A DNA stretch of 64,000 nt from Euglena gracilis (lineage: Eukaryota). The translations under genes were made by a program, and so were the position numbers. The notes beneath the pieces were generated by a model. The model was given only the letters and a program-made list of their open reading frames with translations. It searched no databases and was not told the origin of the DNA. Positions 22,932-35,560 of this stretch are shown here, in pieces; positions within the stretch are counted from its first letter, which is position 1, and each line of letters begins with the position of its first letter. The DNA lies in NCBI GenBank assembly GCA_039621445.1, contig CP154954.1, positions 2,046,001 through 2,110,000 of the forward strand. The letters run 5' to 3'.

Positions 22932-24516
22932 GGTAAGGTGGTAGGTGGGAGTCCAGACCCCCCCATCCTCGATGTTGGGAGGGGGTGTCCGGACCCCCCC
23001 TCTTCGGCAGGTTCCAAAAATAGCGAAAAGTTTTCTTCCGGCCCTTTGCACCGGAAAATGAACGCCCTTTTCCCTCACTTTTGAGCATTTTCCCATTTTT
23101 TTTTGATGTTTTAGTGATTTCCATATTTCCACAAAAAATGTTCAAACAATGAGCCTTTTTGGATTTATTTTCAAAGAAAATCAGCGATTTCCGTACATTT
23201 TTTTGCCCTTTGCCAGTCCGCGAAACCGAAAATTTTCCGGGCCCATGTCATTTTCGAAATAGAAGGGATGGGGGCCCTCCGTGTCGGGAAGGGGGGCCAA
23301 CCCCCCCCCCCTCCCAAGGCTTCCCATCAATCCCTGGGCATATCGCGTGTCTTCACAGCGCTTTTGCATTCCATTGTTAAGCAAGCTCACTCAATGAAAT
23401 CTCTTTTTTGGGGGTATCGCACCAACATAACCCTCTTCCCCCTTTTCGTTTTTGTGTTAAGTTTTGAGTTCCCTTGCCCAACTTCTATTATTGGAGGTCA
23501 TAAAAATGTTGTCCCCCCTTCGAGGAGAGTGCTGGAGATGGGGCAGATATAGTTTTGTGTCAACACAGCCCCTCGTCCATACCTATCTTTTATTGTCCGT
23601 TGTTTCCAGGAGTATTTCGTCTGAGATTAGTTTTCACGGAATTTTCAAATTGTATTTTGGGATACCTTTAAATAGGTTCACTATGAGTATTTCCACCTTT
23701 CATTTATGGCTAACTTCACAAGTTAAGGTAAGGTGGTAGGTGGGAGTCCAGACCCCCCCATCCTCGATGTTGGGAGGGGGTGTCCGGACCCCCCCTCTTC
23801 GGCAGGTTCCAAAAATAGCGAAAAGTTTTCTTCCGGCCCTTTGCACCGGAAAATGAACGCCCTTTTCCCTCACTTTTGAGCATTTTCCCATTTTTTTTTG
23901 ATGTTTTAGTGATTTCCATATTTCCACAAAAAATGTTCAAACAATGAGCCTTTTTGGATTTATTTTCAAAGAAAATCAGCGATTTCCGTACATTTTTTTG
24001 CCCTTTGCCAGTCCGCGAAACCGAAAATTTTCCGGGCCCATGTCATTTTCGAAATAGAAGGGATGGGGGCCCTCCGTGTCGGGAAGGGGGGCCAACCCCC
24101 CCCCTCCCAAGGCTTCCCATCAATCCCTGGGCATATCGCGTGTCTTCACAGCGCTTTTGCATTCCATTGTTAAGCAAGCTCACTCAATGAAATCTCTTTT
24201 TTGGGGGTATCGCACCAACATAACCCTCTTCCCCCTTTTCGTTTTTGTGTTAAGTTTTGAGTTCCCTTGCCCAACTTCTATTATTGGAGGTCATAAAAAT
24301 GTTGTCCCCCCTTCGAGGAGAGTGCTGGAGATGGGGCAGATATAGTTTTGTGTCAACACAGCCCCTCGTCCATACCTATCTTTTATTGTCCGTTGTTTCC
24401 AGGAGTATTTCGTCTGAGATTAGTTTTCACGGAATTTTCAAATTGTATTTTGGGATACCTTTAAATAGGTTCACTATGAGTATTTCCACCTTTCATTTAT
24501 GGCTAACTTCACAAGT
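22932..24516 (+). repeat. Tandem duplication of ~795 bp (22932-23724; 23727-24516)
   Basis: Two nearly identical copies, GGTAAGGTGGTAGG...CTTCACAAGTT. Confidence 0.92.
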
Positions 24517-24786
24517 TTCTTCTGACCTTTGGCTGACCCCGCAACGCTTGGAGTACCTGCTTTGTTACATACCAGCTTGGCACCTTAGTGCCACATAGGT
24601 TTTATCCCTCTTCATTTTATGAACTTGCTCCTGGCACTTTCAAAATCATTCTCAAGTGTTTTGCTCCGCTAATCTTTTTTACTGGTTTTATATTTTTTTT
24701 GGCTGACATTTACTTTTTCCCACAGGATGACTTCTACCGCCCAAGCGTTTGGAACGTGGGTTGAGGCCACAGGATGCAGTCCGGAT

Positions 24787-25221
24787 CAGGCTTTTGCTTA
24801 AGGGATTGCAGTACCCCCTGGGGGGGGGGGGCTGGACTGCAGCTAGTCCAAATTTGGCTAGTGGGATTGCTAGCAGACCCCCCCCCTGGGGGGGGGTCTG
24901 CTAGCAGGGCTAGCTAGTGGAATTTTTTTTTCCAGTGACCGGCGCGAAGCGCCGGAACTTTTTTGGGCCCCAAAAATGTCCAAAAATGCCCGTTTTTGGC
25001 CATTTTTTGGGAATTTTTTCGAACAAAATCAGCCCAAAACCTATTAAAATCCTCATTTCCACCTCAGCGCGCAGCGCCGGAGGAAATTTTTTTTCCAGTT
25101 GGGGGGACCCCTGGACCCCCCCCCGGGGGGGGAGGGGGTCTAGCTAGTCCATTTTTTCCAGTGTCTAGCCAATTGGCTAGCCAGTACCCCCCCCCCCCGG
25201 GGGTCCTTAAGCAAAAGCCTG
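24787..25221. mobile_element. hAT-like MITE (CAGGCTTTTGCTTAAGG family)
   Basis: 17-bp TIR; perfect 8-bp TSD GTCCGGAT; CTAG-rich subterminal motifs; relatives at 49281 and 51319. Confidence 0.95.
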
Positions 25222-26346
25222 GTCCGGATATGGGAGACGAAGTAACGGGAAATCACCAACTATTTCTTATCTCTTTCTCCACGGTGTCTTTTCTCTTTTT
25301 TACCGCTGGTAGTGGAAGACACCCCTGGTATCTTCCACGCTATCTTAGAGATGACCCCTACAGGAAAGAAACCAATTAAAGAATCCAACCGATCAAAGGT
25401 TCTGCACTGATGGTGTCATCTTTTGCCACATGTGTGCGTGTGTAAGTTCGTGTGTTGTGCTGTGCATGTGTGCGGCATGCGTGCGTGCGTGCGTGTGTGG
25501 GCTGGTTTTCTGTTCTTTCGTATGTAGACGAAGACCTGCACAGTTGCCAATTTTGAGTTTTTCTCCTCCAAGTTTTTTGCAATAGAAGGTTGATGCATTA
25601 CACTGCTGGGTGGGACATGGGGGTGTTTTTTTCTTGATTTTTTTGTGTATTTTTTATTTCTGAAAAATATGCAGTTTTTTTTTGTTTTTTCTCACCTTTT
25701 TTTGCGTTTCCCAGCGATTTTTTTCTTTCTGCTGGAAAATGTTTTCGAATTCGAAAAACTCCTCATTTTGGACCTAGCTTTCCTCCCTTTTTGTAATCTT
25801 TGACTTTTTTTGGCCAATAAAAAGCAAAATTATAAAAATCGTGCTTTTTTTACATTGTTTTTGCTTTTTTTTATCCACGTTGCTTCCTCCCACCAGGAAT
25901 TTCCTTTTTTAAGGATTCCCAGAAAGAGGAGGGGGAGTAGCCAGGTGGAAAAATGTGCTGGTTGGAAAAATATGCAAGCTGAATTCCCTCAGTGGGTGCT
26001 GGGGGCGGGGCAGGCATCGTCCTACCAGCTGCTGGGCTAGACCTGGCTGATCCCAAAAACTGGCACCTTGCCAAAATCCAGCTGGGTGGGGATTTTTCAG
26101 GCTTTTTTTTTCCAGGGAAAAGTCTAGAAAACCCCACAAAAAAAACATCATTTTGACCTTTTCTGATCATTCCTTTTCGACAATTTTTGGGTTGCGCCAA
26201 TTTTTTTCCTGGTCTATCCTGGCTTCGTCGATCTGGGGATTTTTTTCATTTCCACTGCACCCCCCCCCCCCAGAGGTTCCCCAGTCTGGCTGGGAGCGGG
26301 GTCATTTTGAGGGGTCAGATTTTCACCAACAATTCCGGGACCTGTA

Positions 26347-26431
26347 ACCCCCCCCACCTATAACCCCCCCTTCAGCCGACCAACCAAACCGGATTGTATA
26401 AACCCCAGGGGGTTTATAAGTGAGGGGGGTT
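26347..26431. mobile_element. Small TA-associated MITE
   Basis: AACCCCCCCCACCTATAA ... TTATAAGTGAGGGGGGTT imperfect inverted ends. Confidence 0.5.
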
Positions 26432-26487
26432 TAATCCTCATTTTTTCCACCAAATTTTCGGCATGATTTTCATTTGCTTTGACTGTA

Positions 26488-26900
26488 AACCTCCCCTCCA
26501 AATATAAAGCCCCCCCCCCCCCAAATATAAAGCCCCCCCCCCAGGGGGTTTGGTTTTGCCGCCCAAATATAAAGCCCCCCCATGATGAGGGAGCCAGATG
26601 ATGGTGTCATTCAGGAAAAAGTTGAAACATTTTGGGTGGATACACCTTTTTTTTCGACATTGATCCTCCATTTTGGATAATAATTGCAAATTTCTGCGAA
26701 AAATAGAAGGTGCACAACAAAAATTTGGCATATATTTGGTATTTGGCCACAATTGAAGGCCGCCGAAGGTCATAAAGGCCACCCGAAAAAGTTTGATCTC
26801 CCCCCAAGTATAAAGCCCCAAATATAAAGCCCCCCCTGAGGGTCTTGAAATCCCGTCCAAATATAAAGCCGGGGGGGGCTTTATATTTGGGAGGGGGGTT
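26488..26900. mobile_element. Tc1/mariner-like MITE
   Basis: TA|AACCTCCCCTCCAAATATAAAGCC ... GGCTTTATATTTGGGAGGGGGGTT|TA; repeated AAATATAAAGCCC motif. Confidence 0.8.
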
Positions 26901-29039
26901 TATATTCCCGAAGAATCATTTTCCCACCTTATTTCCACATTTTTGAGAAAGTTTCGGAATGATCATTGCTGTGGTATTTTTTCTTGTTGCTTGTGTTTGG
27001 CTTATGCCCATCTTTCAAATGCAGTTCTGCAGTTCTGCAGTTCTGCAGGAAGTCTTTAAAGGTCATTGTGGGGTCCCTTGTGGGAAGGTTCCACAGTGTC
27101 CTCCACCCCGCCTTTTTCTGGTAGTCCAGTTCCAAAGGCATAAAAACAGAGTTAAAGAAACGTACCATCTCCCCCTATATTATCACCCTGATTGCCGGCC
27201 GATGGACATGGATCAAAAAGCCAACTTTTGAAAACCTTCAAAATGGCCTGTTTTGGCTTTTTTTTATTTGGCTGGATAGAACTGATCTTTCCAAAATGCA
27301 TAAAACGCAAAATTTCCAAAATTTCCAAAATGCAGTAAAAAGTTGACCTCCGAAATGGGGAGTACACCACCCCGTAGGGACTGGTGAAGGGCTGCTGGCC
27401 AAGTGAATATTGGGCGGGGGATAAGTCTCATTGGACTGCCCCGTGCAGTCAGATGTCCATGTATCCTTCCAAAAACCACAGAACAAGAAAACAGGGTGAA
27501 TTACTGAAAGGAGAAAATCTTTTCGAATGGATTCCAAAGCCCCCAAAAATGCAAAGAACATGCTTTTTTGGAGAAAATGCTGTGCCTTTTTGTTTTATTT
27601 TTGAGATTTTTTTTTGAAAAAAGACATTTAATCTTCCCCAAATTGTCCAAAAATGGACGTCTGGAGGCTTGTTTGCGGCTTTTTCATATTTCAATTACCT
27701 CAAAACAGACCGCAAACGGCATGCACCATCCCCCCCCCCCCCAAACGGAACCCCTCTGGGCTCCGGCTGGGGGTCAATTGGGGGGCCCTTCAAGCGTTCT
27801 CGTCAATAATGTCTTGGGCTGACGGCAGGCCAAGAAGGCAGTCTGCAGGTGGTTATTTACAGGAATGGCGGTTTCTTCAGTTTAGATGAATCACTGTAGC
27901 TCTTAATCAGGCCACTTCAACGGACAGGTTTGTTTTTTTATTTTTGCAGATTCAATTGTGTTTCAACTTATGGTTGTCAGCCTCAATGACTGACTCGTAT
28001 GGCTTTGTGCGAGGATGTGGGGACAACCACTTCAAACCCTTTCGATAGTGAACCTGTTTCTGTTCCTGATGGGAATGTAGCCGAAAGACCAGAAGGTGTG
28101 GTGACTGCAAGCTTGCTTTGGGAAACAGTTGCCTTCTCATGGAAGCTTCACTGAGTAGCAAGGATAATTCCACAAATTAGTCGCTTAGTCACTGGCCGAC
28201 ACCCCCCCCCCCATGGGTGACTGGTTTTTGTCTTCTAAACCCCTCCCCCCAGGGGGGGGGGGGGTTGGCAAAAAACCACTGCAATGACCCGGCACCGAAG
28301 CTGACGGAATTATGTGGCTTTTTCTCCACATTTGTGATTAGTTTTCTCCTTGGATTCCAGAGTTGCCGATACTGCGGTGGGGGGGAGGAGGGAGCAGTGA
28401 CAGACTGGTTTTCCAACAGAGGCGTGACTCCCAGGCTCGGTAAAAGCTGTATGGTGAAGAGGTCCTCGTCAAAAGGTATGCACCTTTGGGGTGGGGATGG
28501 ATGGGAAATGAACAAAAAGCAGGCAGGAAATTTATTTCTGTTCAAATTTGCAATTTGATCATCACATTTTCTCCAAAAACTCCCGTTAGAGTTTTTCAAC
28601 TGAAACTGAGAAATGGTCGTTTTCTGTACCAGGACCCTGGACGTTTTGACACAGCTGGGTTTTAGGATTGTTTTTGACAATATGGGGGATTTCCCAAAGG
28701 AAATTTTCTGGGAAAAAACAACCAACTGGATTTTTTCATTTCTCGGTTTTGGGTGCCCTTTCTTGGTTCCATACAGTCCAGCCCGGCAGCCAGCTGGAAC
28801 GCGCCCACCGGACCTCTTTCCCGATGCCTGGCACCTGTTTCTGGCCAGCCGATCGACCCCTGCCCAACTTGGGGGGGGTCTCTTCGTCACAATGTAAATC
28901 CTTTTTGTGGATGTTTGCCAATTTTTTTTATCTGAACTCAGCCGGCTGAGTTGGACCCCCTTATTTGAGTCCACTGCTGAGAAAGATCACCCAGTTTGCA
29001 TTGCCTCGCCCCACATGCTCCAATTTCAAGGCTGCCATC

Positions 29040-29151
29040 GTTCTCCGCTGTCCCAGAATCATTTACCCAATTTCGTGCCACAGGCCCCAGCTCAAGTTCT
29101 CCGCTGTCCCAGAATCATTTACCCAATTTCGTGCCACAGGCCCCAGCTCAA
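29040..29151 (+). repeat. 56-bp tandem duplication
   Basis: GTTCTCCGCTGTCCCAGAATC...CCCCAGCTCAAG occurs twice. Confidence 0.9.
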
Positions 29152-29244
29152 GCCAGCTCGACCTCTCGGCTGGGCCCAACCCAGCCCCTGAGTGCATCCA
29201 GGATGCGCAACCAACCCGTGCACCATTTGTTGCTACGGCACATA

Positions 29245-29543
29245 CCCGGCCCCCCCTTGTCGTACAACCACCCCTCATTTACGATCACCCCCCCCCCGGT
29301 CGCAGGTTGCAGGTCATGGGGGTGTTACGACCACCCCCCGGTCGCAGGTTGCAGGTCATGGGGGTGTTATGACCATTCCCCCGGTCGCAGGTTGCAGGTT
29401 GCGAAAATTTCAACACCACCTCACCTACGAGCGCCCCTTCATTTACAATCACCCCCCGGTCGCAGGTTGCAGGTTATGGGGGTGTTACGACCCCCCCCCC
29501 CCAGTCGCAGGAACCCGGTTGTACGACAAGGGGGGGGGGCGGG
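29245..29543. mobile_element. Tc1/mariner-like MITE
   Basis: TA|CCCGGCCCCCCCTTGTCGTACAACC ... GGTTGTACGACAAGGGGGGGGGGCGGG|TA; internal CCGGTCGCAGGTTGCAGG repeats. Confidence 0.85.
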
Positions 29544-31433
29544 TAGTATGTTTTCTAATGAAAAAAGGGAAGTGAAGAAGGACTCGAAGTAAAAATTTCA
29601 CCCAAGCCGGTTAATAAAGTCTTCACTCTGGAAAAATTTTGTATTTTTGTTCTTGCCCAACCACATAGGACCCCCATCTCATGCAACGGTTTGATCATGG
29701 TACAGGGGGGAAGCTGGTGAGCGCCGCTCTGAAGGATCTGATTCTGTGCTGCCACTCTACACATGTAAATTTCCCAAGCTTTGAGAGATGGCTTGAGATA
29801 CCCTACTAGACGGAGTGTCCCTCTTTGCAGATGCATGTGCCCACGCCATGTGCCCAGTCCCTTTCTACCCTAATGAAGGTGCCATTGCGGTTCTGAAGAA
29901 GGTGCCATTGTGATTCTCCAGCAAAATGAAAACAAAAACAGCAGCTGTTCAAAGCTCTGAACGTCCTGCCCTCCAGAATAAAGCCTCCTGAAAATGACCG
30001 GTTTTATTAGATATCCCAATACTCAGACCGCAGAGGTTTATTGCCCTGACCATCCTTTAAGCCAAGGGGACTCTGGGGGAGGAGAAGGAGTAGCAAATAA
30101 GTCATTCTATTCCTGCAAGCCACCAACAAAATTTAGGGAGTCTGCTCAACGTAAATGAAATGGTCTTGTGGAAGCATTTTTTGTTTTAAAGAGGTTGGTG
30201 TGAGCCACTCTCAGGGCAATCAAATTTTGTATACAAAAAGACAGGGTTATCAATTCTTGGGCTTAATTTATATGAAAATCAAAAAACACCGCCAGCAGTC
30301 CATTTGACTTTTTTTTGAAATTCCGAGTTGATTTTTGTCAAAGAAGCTTCATTGCAACTGAAAAAAACTCCCCCCCATATTTTTCCCTTCTTCGAAATCA
30401 AAAATGTTCAAAAATGCAAAAATGCCTAAGCATAAAAAGAACAAATGTGGAAAATGAAATATCAGGGGGCAAAAGGAAAATGAAAAATCAAAATTATTGG
30501 AAAAATCGGGAAAAGTAAAAAAAAGTCAAAATGACAGGTCAGGGGTAAAAGAGGCAGTTGGGAAGGGGGCAAAGGGGAATTGCCACCTTTGTTAATCATT
30601 AATGAAAAAATCATTTTTTTGGATCCACGATCAAAATTTATCTTATTTCCCTGTATTATTATTATTTTTGTATTTTTTGTCTGAGCACTGCATATGCAAA
30701 AAAATCATTATTTTGACCAAATGTCAAAGATACGGAGGCCCTTTTCAACGCATTTTTGCCTAATTCGTTCAGGGTAATTCCAAAGCGGGGGGTGCACTGG
30801 ACAAAATCACGGGAATACATTATGGGTATCGGGGTGGTTTATTTTTTTATGCCTCCCCCCGTACTGAATTTATAGGTTAACTGAGGGTTCTGAAAGCAAT
30901 TTTTCCAGTCCGGTCCTCAGGGGGGGGGCAAAAATTGGACCGAACTTCCTGACTCTCCGAAAAACATTAAAAATACATCCCCTCATGTTTTCAGCAACTG
31001 ATCCAAACGATCCAGAGGCTTCTTTTTCAGGGTGGGATATGATTGCAAAGAATTGACCCAAGGTTGATCCCCCCCCAAATGACATTTGCTTTTGGGTCCA
31101 TTACTGGAAGCCTCCAGGGGATGCATTTTTCGGGGGATTTATTTTATGTTATTTCTCCCTTGACTGAAAAGACATCATTTTTGGGATTCCAGAACATCAA
31201 ATACTTTCCTTCGGCATTTCACGCCATGTGTTTATTGGTGTACATGGATGTTTTGCATTTTTTTTTTTTGGCCTTGAATGTCCCATTTTTGAATTTGCAT
31301 CATTTTGGCCTTTTGGTAAAATTTCCAGGGAATTTCACCACTGCTTCGGCACTTCGTGCCGTCAGGGGGAATAATTGTTTAATTTGGGGAGTTTTATTTT
31401 TTTTTTTATTTTTTGTTTGATTTGATTGGGGGA

Positions 31434-31715
31434 CAGGCTGTATTTTAGTCGTGTGTCGACTCCACCCCGGGGGGGGGGGGATTGGCTGTGGGCATGCACC
31501 CCAAGGCACTCCAAATCAGACCCCCCCCCCGGGGGGGGGTAGGGCACACGGCCAAAAGTGCCCTAGCACAACCCCCGCCCCGAAGGCGCCGGGGAGCCAA
31601 AAATGGCCTATTTTCAAAGGAATGTGCCCGGGCACAGGCCGAAATCCGACCCCCCCCGGGGGGGTAGTGCCTGCCTGTGGGCAGGCACTCACAGGCACTC
31701 CGGACCCCCCCCCCC
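31434..31715 (+). mobile_element. Truncated copy of the 17866-18181 hAT-like MITE family
   Basis: Starts CAGGCTGTATTTTAGTCGTGTG and is colinear with 17866-18160; right TIR absent. Confidence 0.75.
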
Positions 31716-33159
31716 TAGATACGCGAATGAGCTCCACCTTGCACATGGCCTGTACACATACATCTGAGGGTGGTTCAAGCCATCAAGAAACTCTCAAAGC
31801 TTGGTTTTTTTTTTTTTATTTTCCCAAAGTGCATGGGCGTGCACATTTTAAGGACGTAGTTTCGGACCCCAAGGGGTGCGCATTTATTAGGGCACTGCGC
31901 AATTATTAGGACAAAGCACAAAATATTTAATTCTCCTCTATGCTTTTCCAGTTCTTCCCTTTCTTTTGTGATGTCAAGCAATGAGTCAAGTGATTATCTG
32001 TCAAATTTGGGCTTGGATGATGGAAGTATTTGGTCTGAGAAGGACAGTTCCGAGGATTGTGTGTAATGTGACGGCGGTTTCTCCTTTGGGGGTGCGCACT
32101 TATTAGGGCACTTCGCACTTATCAGGGGGGGGGGTTAGAGTGGCAGCACAGCATCAGAACCTGCATGGCGGCGCTCACCAGCTCCTGAAAGGACAAGAAA
32201 TTCCCACAGGATTCCGTGATGCACGCGCAATATTTGGTGATGCACTCACACACATAATACGGGGGGGGGGTTGGTGCAAGGATTCCATGGCTGGCTGCAA
32301 ACCAACACCGCTTGGCATTCACATCCTGCATCAAGCGGGGTGTGAACCACTGGCAGACCACAACTGGAAAACCACAAAGCCTTCACCCCTCAAATGGGAC
32401 GTGGGTCCCAATGGCTGCTGCCAACGATCCGCCGGCCCCCCCGAAGAAGCGCGGCAAGAGCTTCCTGCCGTTTCAGCCAGACCGCGCAGGGACCAAGTGC
32501 CATGTGTTTTCCCTCCCTGGATGCTTTTTTTAACCGCCTTCCCATCGGGCAGAGGCTTTGTGTATCTGGGCACCTGTTGTGTCCTGAGCCACACTTTTTT
32601 TTTTCCAGGCGGACAGGACCCAACTCCCTCTCCAGGGTAGAGTGCTCCGCAACAGTTTTTTTCCCCCCCCGAGCATTGGATCGAAGTGATCCAGATGGCT
32701 CTCCATCGTTCCTAAATGATTGCCAATGTTTTTCTGATGAGGGACAAATTCTTCTCTGCCATGAGTTTTAAATGGGTCGCACAATTTCATGGAAATGAAA
32801 CAAGAACTGGACGGCAAGAACGGTGACACCAGGCTTTGTTTTAACCTCACACGGGCATGCCCCCCCCCCCCCAAGGGTCATGTGCAGTGACGGGTTGAAA
32901 ATGGGCTGACCACCAATCAAGGTGTTTGGATCCTCATTTCTCGGGTCCAGGACCCCCGTCCGCTGCCCATTTTTGGTGCGACTCGTACGGCCTTTTTTTC
33001 CTCCAAATTCTCCCACATGCCAGTACCTTCTAAGGGGTGAGAGGGGTTCCGGGAGGAATTAAAATGTGTTGGACAGATCGTTAGACAGGGGAACCCCACC
33101 CAGGGCAGTGGATGAATTGCGTTGGGGGGGAGAGAGAGGGTTTTCTTTCCATTTCTTCC

Positions 33160-34499
33160 ACATGGATCCCACGGACCCGTTGCGCGTCTTTCCCAAATGC
33201 AGTTTTCTCGACGAGATCTCGCTGGCCTCGACTGCCAGCAGTGGCAGACATCGCTTCAGGGCCCCAACCCAAACGACCGGGGCCTGCGCCGACGCTCGCC
33301 GCGGCTGCGGGACGTGCCGGAGCCTCCCCCACCGCCGCAGTACATCGCGCCGCCCTGCGGGCCCGAGCCGCTGTACACGGTGGCCAGGGCTGAACGGGGC
33401 GGCACAGTACCCCGGCGCCCCGGTGGGTGCTGTGTGGGGGATGGGCCAGTCCTCCGGGGTCCGACCTTCTTATTGTATTATTGTATTATTGTATTATTGT
33501 ATTATTGTATTCACTGTATTATGTGAGAGTTGATTTTGCACAGGGAGGTCAGACCACCCCTGAATCCTGAACGAAGCGCCAGAGAGCTTTTGGTTCCAGG
33601 AGGTCCCCCCCCCAGACGCCGGAAAAACCAAAAGGTGTGTGAAACGTGGGGGGCTTGCCAGCCACCCAACAGTTTTTGCTGCTTCGTGCCGAAAATCTTT
33701 TGCACAGGGGAGAGGGGCGTCGTAACCCCCTCCCCTCTCATTGAATTCCCCGATCCCAACAATGAAACAATGAACAAGTTCCCACTGTACCATCAAAGCG
33801 AGATCGCACGCCAGAGAGCTTTTGCCGAGGGTCCCTCCCCCTCGCGAATGGGGGAGGGGGTGCATGCCGGTTTTTAAAAAGGTGTGTGAAACGTGTTGGG
33901 GGCTTGTTTTCAGCCACCCAACAGTTTTTTTTTTTTTTGTGAAGGAAAATCTTTTGCACAGGGGGAGAGGGGCGTCCTTAACCTCCTCCCCTCTCATTGA
34001 ATTACCCGACCCTCCCACACGGCTTTTTCCAAATGGCCCTGAGAATGGTCGACTAGGAGATGTTCGATGGGGGCGCTGGTACCATCACCATCCTGCGCGA
34101 CTCCACGCGGCAGGAGGGCAGCCAGGTCTGTTGCACGACCGGTGTTGCAATTCAACGATGTTGCCGAGGAGTCCCCTCGCCACAAGCTTCTGTTTGGTGG
34201 TCCCCTGTGTTGTCTCTTCCCCATCACAGGAGACAGCCAAGCATCTTCAACCTTCCCCGTGGTTGGGAAACTGCGTTGGGCTCAGCTCGATGTGAAAGGG
34301 TTGGGGCACCAAATCCTCTGCCACGCTGTTCCGCAAACTTTGATGCGGCGAGTGGATGGGAGCGCCACTGCACACCGTCTTGCAGTGGATGTATGACGTG
34401 CAATGGGAGGGGTACACGGGGCCGGAGGGCGACGCCGCCCAGAACAACAGTTCGTATCCTGAGGCCTGGATCTGGCACCGCTCCTTTGTGCCCCCATCG
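33160..34499 (+). pseudogene. Chromodomain-like gene fragment (exons ~33160-33381, 34047-34125, 34386-34499)
   Basis: Spliced translation ...PEPLYTVVD*EMFDGGAGTITILRDSTRQEGSQ/WMYDVQWEGYTGPEGDAAQNNSSYPEAWI; Y-x-V-x-W-x-G-Y motif; one nonconventional and one GT-AG intron; in-frame TAG at 34054-34056. Confidence 0.5.
33382..34046 (+). other. Putative nonconventional intron
   Basis: GGC-CAGGGC...GCCCTG-AGAAT|G; CAG at +4, CTG at -8; contains (ATTGTATT)n and a ~250-bp internal duplication. Confidence 0.5.
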
Positions 34500-34710
34500 G
34501 TGTGTTCGCGTGTGCGTCGTGCATGCGTGCGTGCGTGCGTGCGTGTGCGTGCGGGCGTGCGGGTATGCGTGGGTGCGTGCGTGAGTGTGCGTGCGTGCGT
34601 GCGTGCGCGCGCGCGCTGTGTGTGCGTGCGTGCATGCGTGCGCGCGCGTGTGTGCGCGCGCACGCGCAGGCGCGCGTGTGTGTGTGCTCGCGTGCGCGCT
34701 TGTGTGTGTG
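34500..34710. repeat. (GTGC/GC/GT)n microsatellite
   Basis: Direct reading of sequence. Confidence 0.95.
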
Positions 34711-35560
34711 GAACCTATCCCCCTCATGCCTTTGTCCACGGATCCTCACACATCATCCTGAAAAGGAAATTCACGGAAATTCACGGAGGATCACGGAAAT
34801 GGACGGAAGGCCATTTTCACGGAAATCACGGAAAATCACGGAAATTCACGGATGAGGCGGAGGGTTCGGAAAATTTTTTTGTGTTTTTTTTGAATGTGCT
34901 TTGCTTGTGCAGATGCATTTTGATGGGATGTTTTGCACGTTCTCTGCCTTTCCAAACAGACAATCAAGCAAAACCTCATTCAGACAATAACAGATGATTT
35001 TGTGGCCGCTTTCCTCCATTCTGGTCTCCCGGTCACAAAATTGGACAACAAAAGCAACAGAGGTGTTCTCCAGAAATACACCCAAATTGAGGACGTGTAG
35101 GTTTTTGTTTATTCAGAATGACTTTCCACCTTTCGCCCAGGCTGCATCCAGAAGGGTCAATCGCTATATCGGTCCACTGGCAGGGTTTTGGCAACCCATT
35201 TAGGGGCAATCAAGAAAAAAATTCAAGGCCAAAAGGTTGTTTTTTCCCCTCCTCTACGTTTTTTTATTTTCACATTCGGGTGTGGATAGAAATTGATGAA
35301 TTGACAGTTCTGGGCATGTGACCACAAACATTTTGTTAGGTATGCAAGGGAAGATCTACATTGTAGCATGCGTTCAGTTAGATTGCAGAGGGCTTAACTT
35401 GGGGGTTGAGCACTCGGATTTGGCTTCTGTCGAGGCCCTGGAAGATCTCCGGAACTATGATATGGAGAAAAAATCTGCTGCCACAACTGCCCAAATATTG
35501 CTCCGGTGCAGAATGGAATGTGGCTTTTGACCTTTTCCGGAAACAGGAAATTCACGGATA

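Noticed and set aside
32410-32830. Possible upstream exons (MAAANDPPAPPKKRGK...; NFMEMKQELDGKNG) of the chromodomain-like gene
   Set aside because: Could not join them with supportable splice sites
34224-34997. His/Thr/Ala or Cys/Val-rich ORFs
   Set aside because: Microsatellite translations
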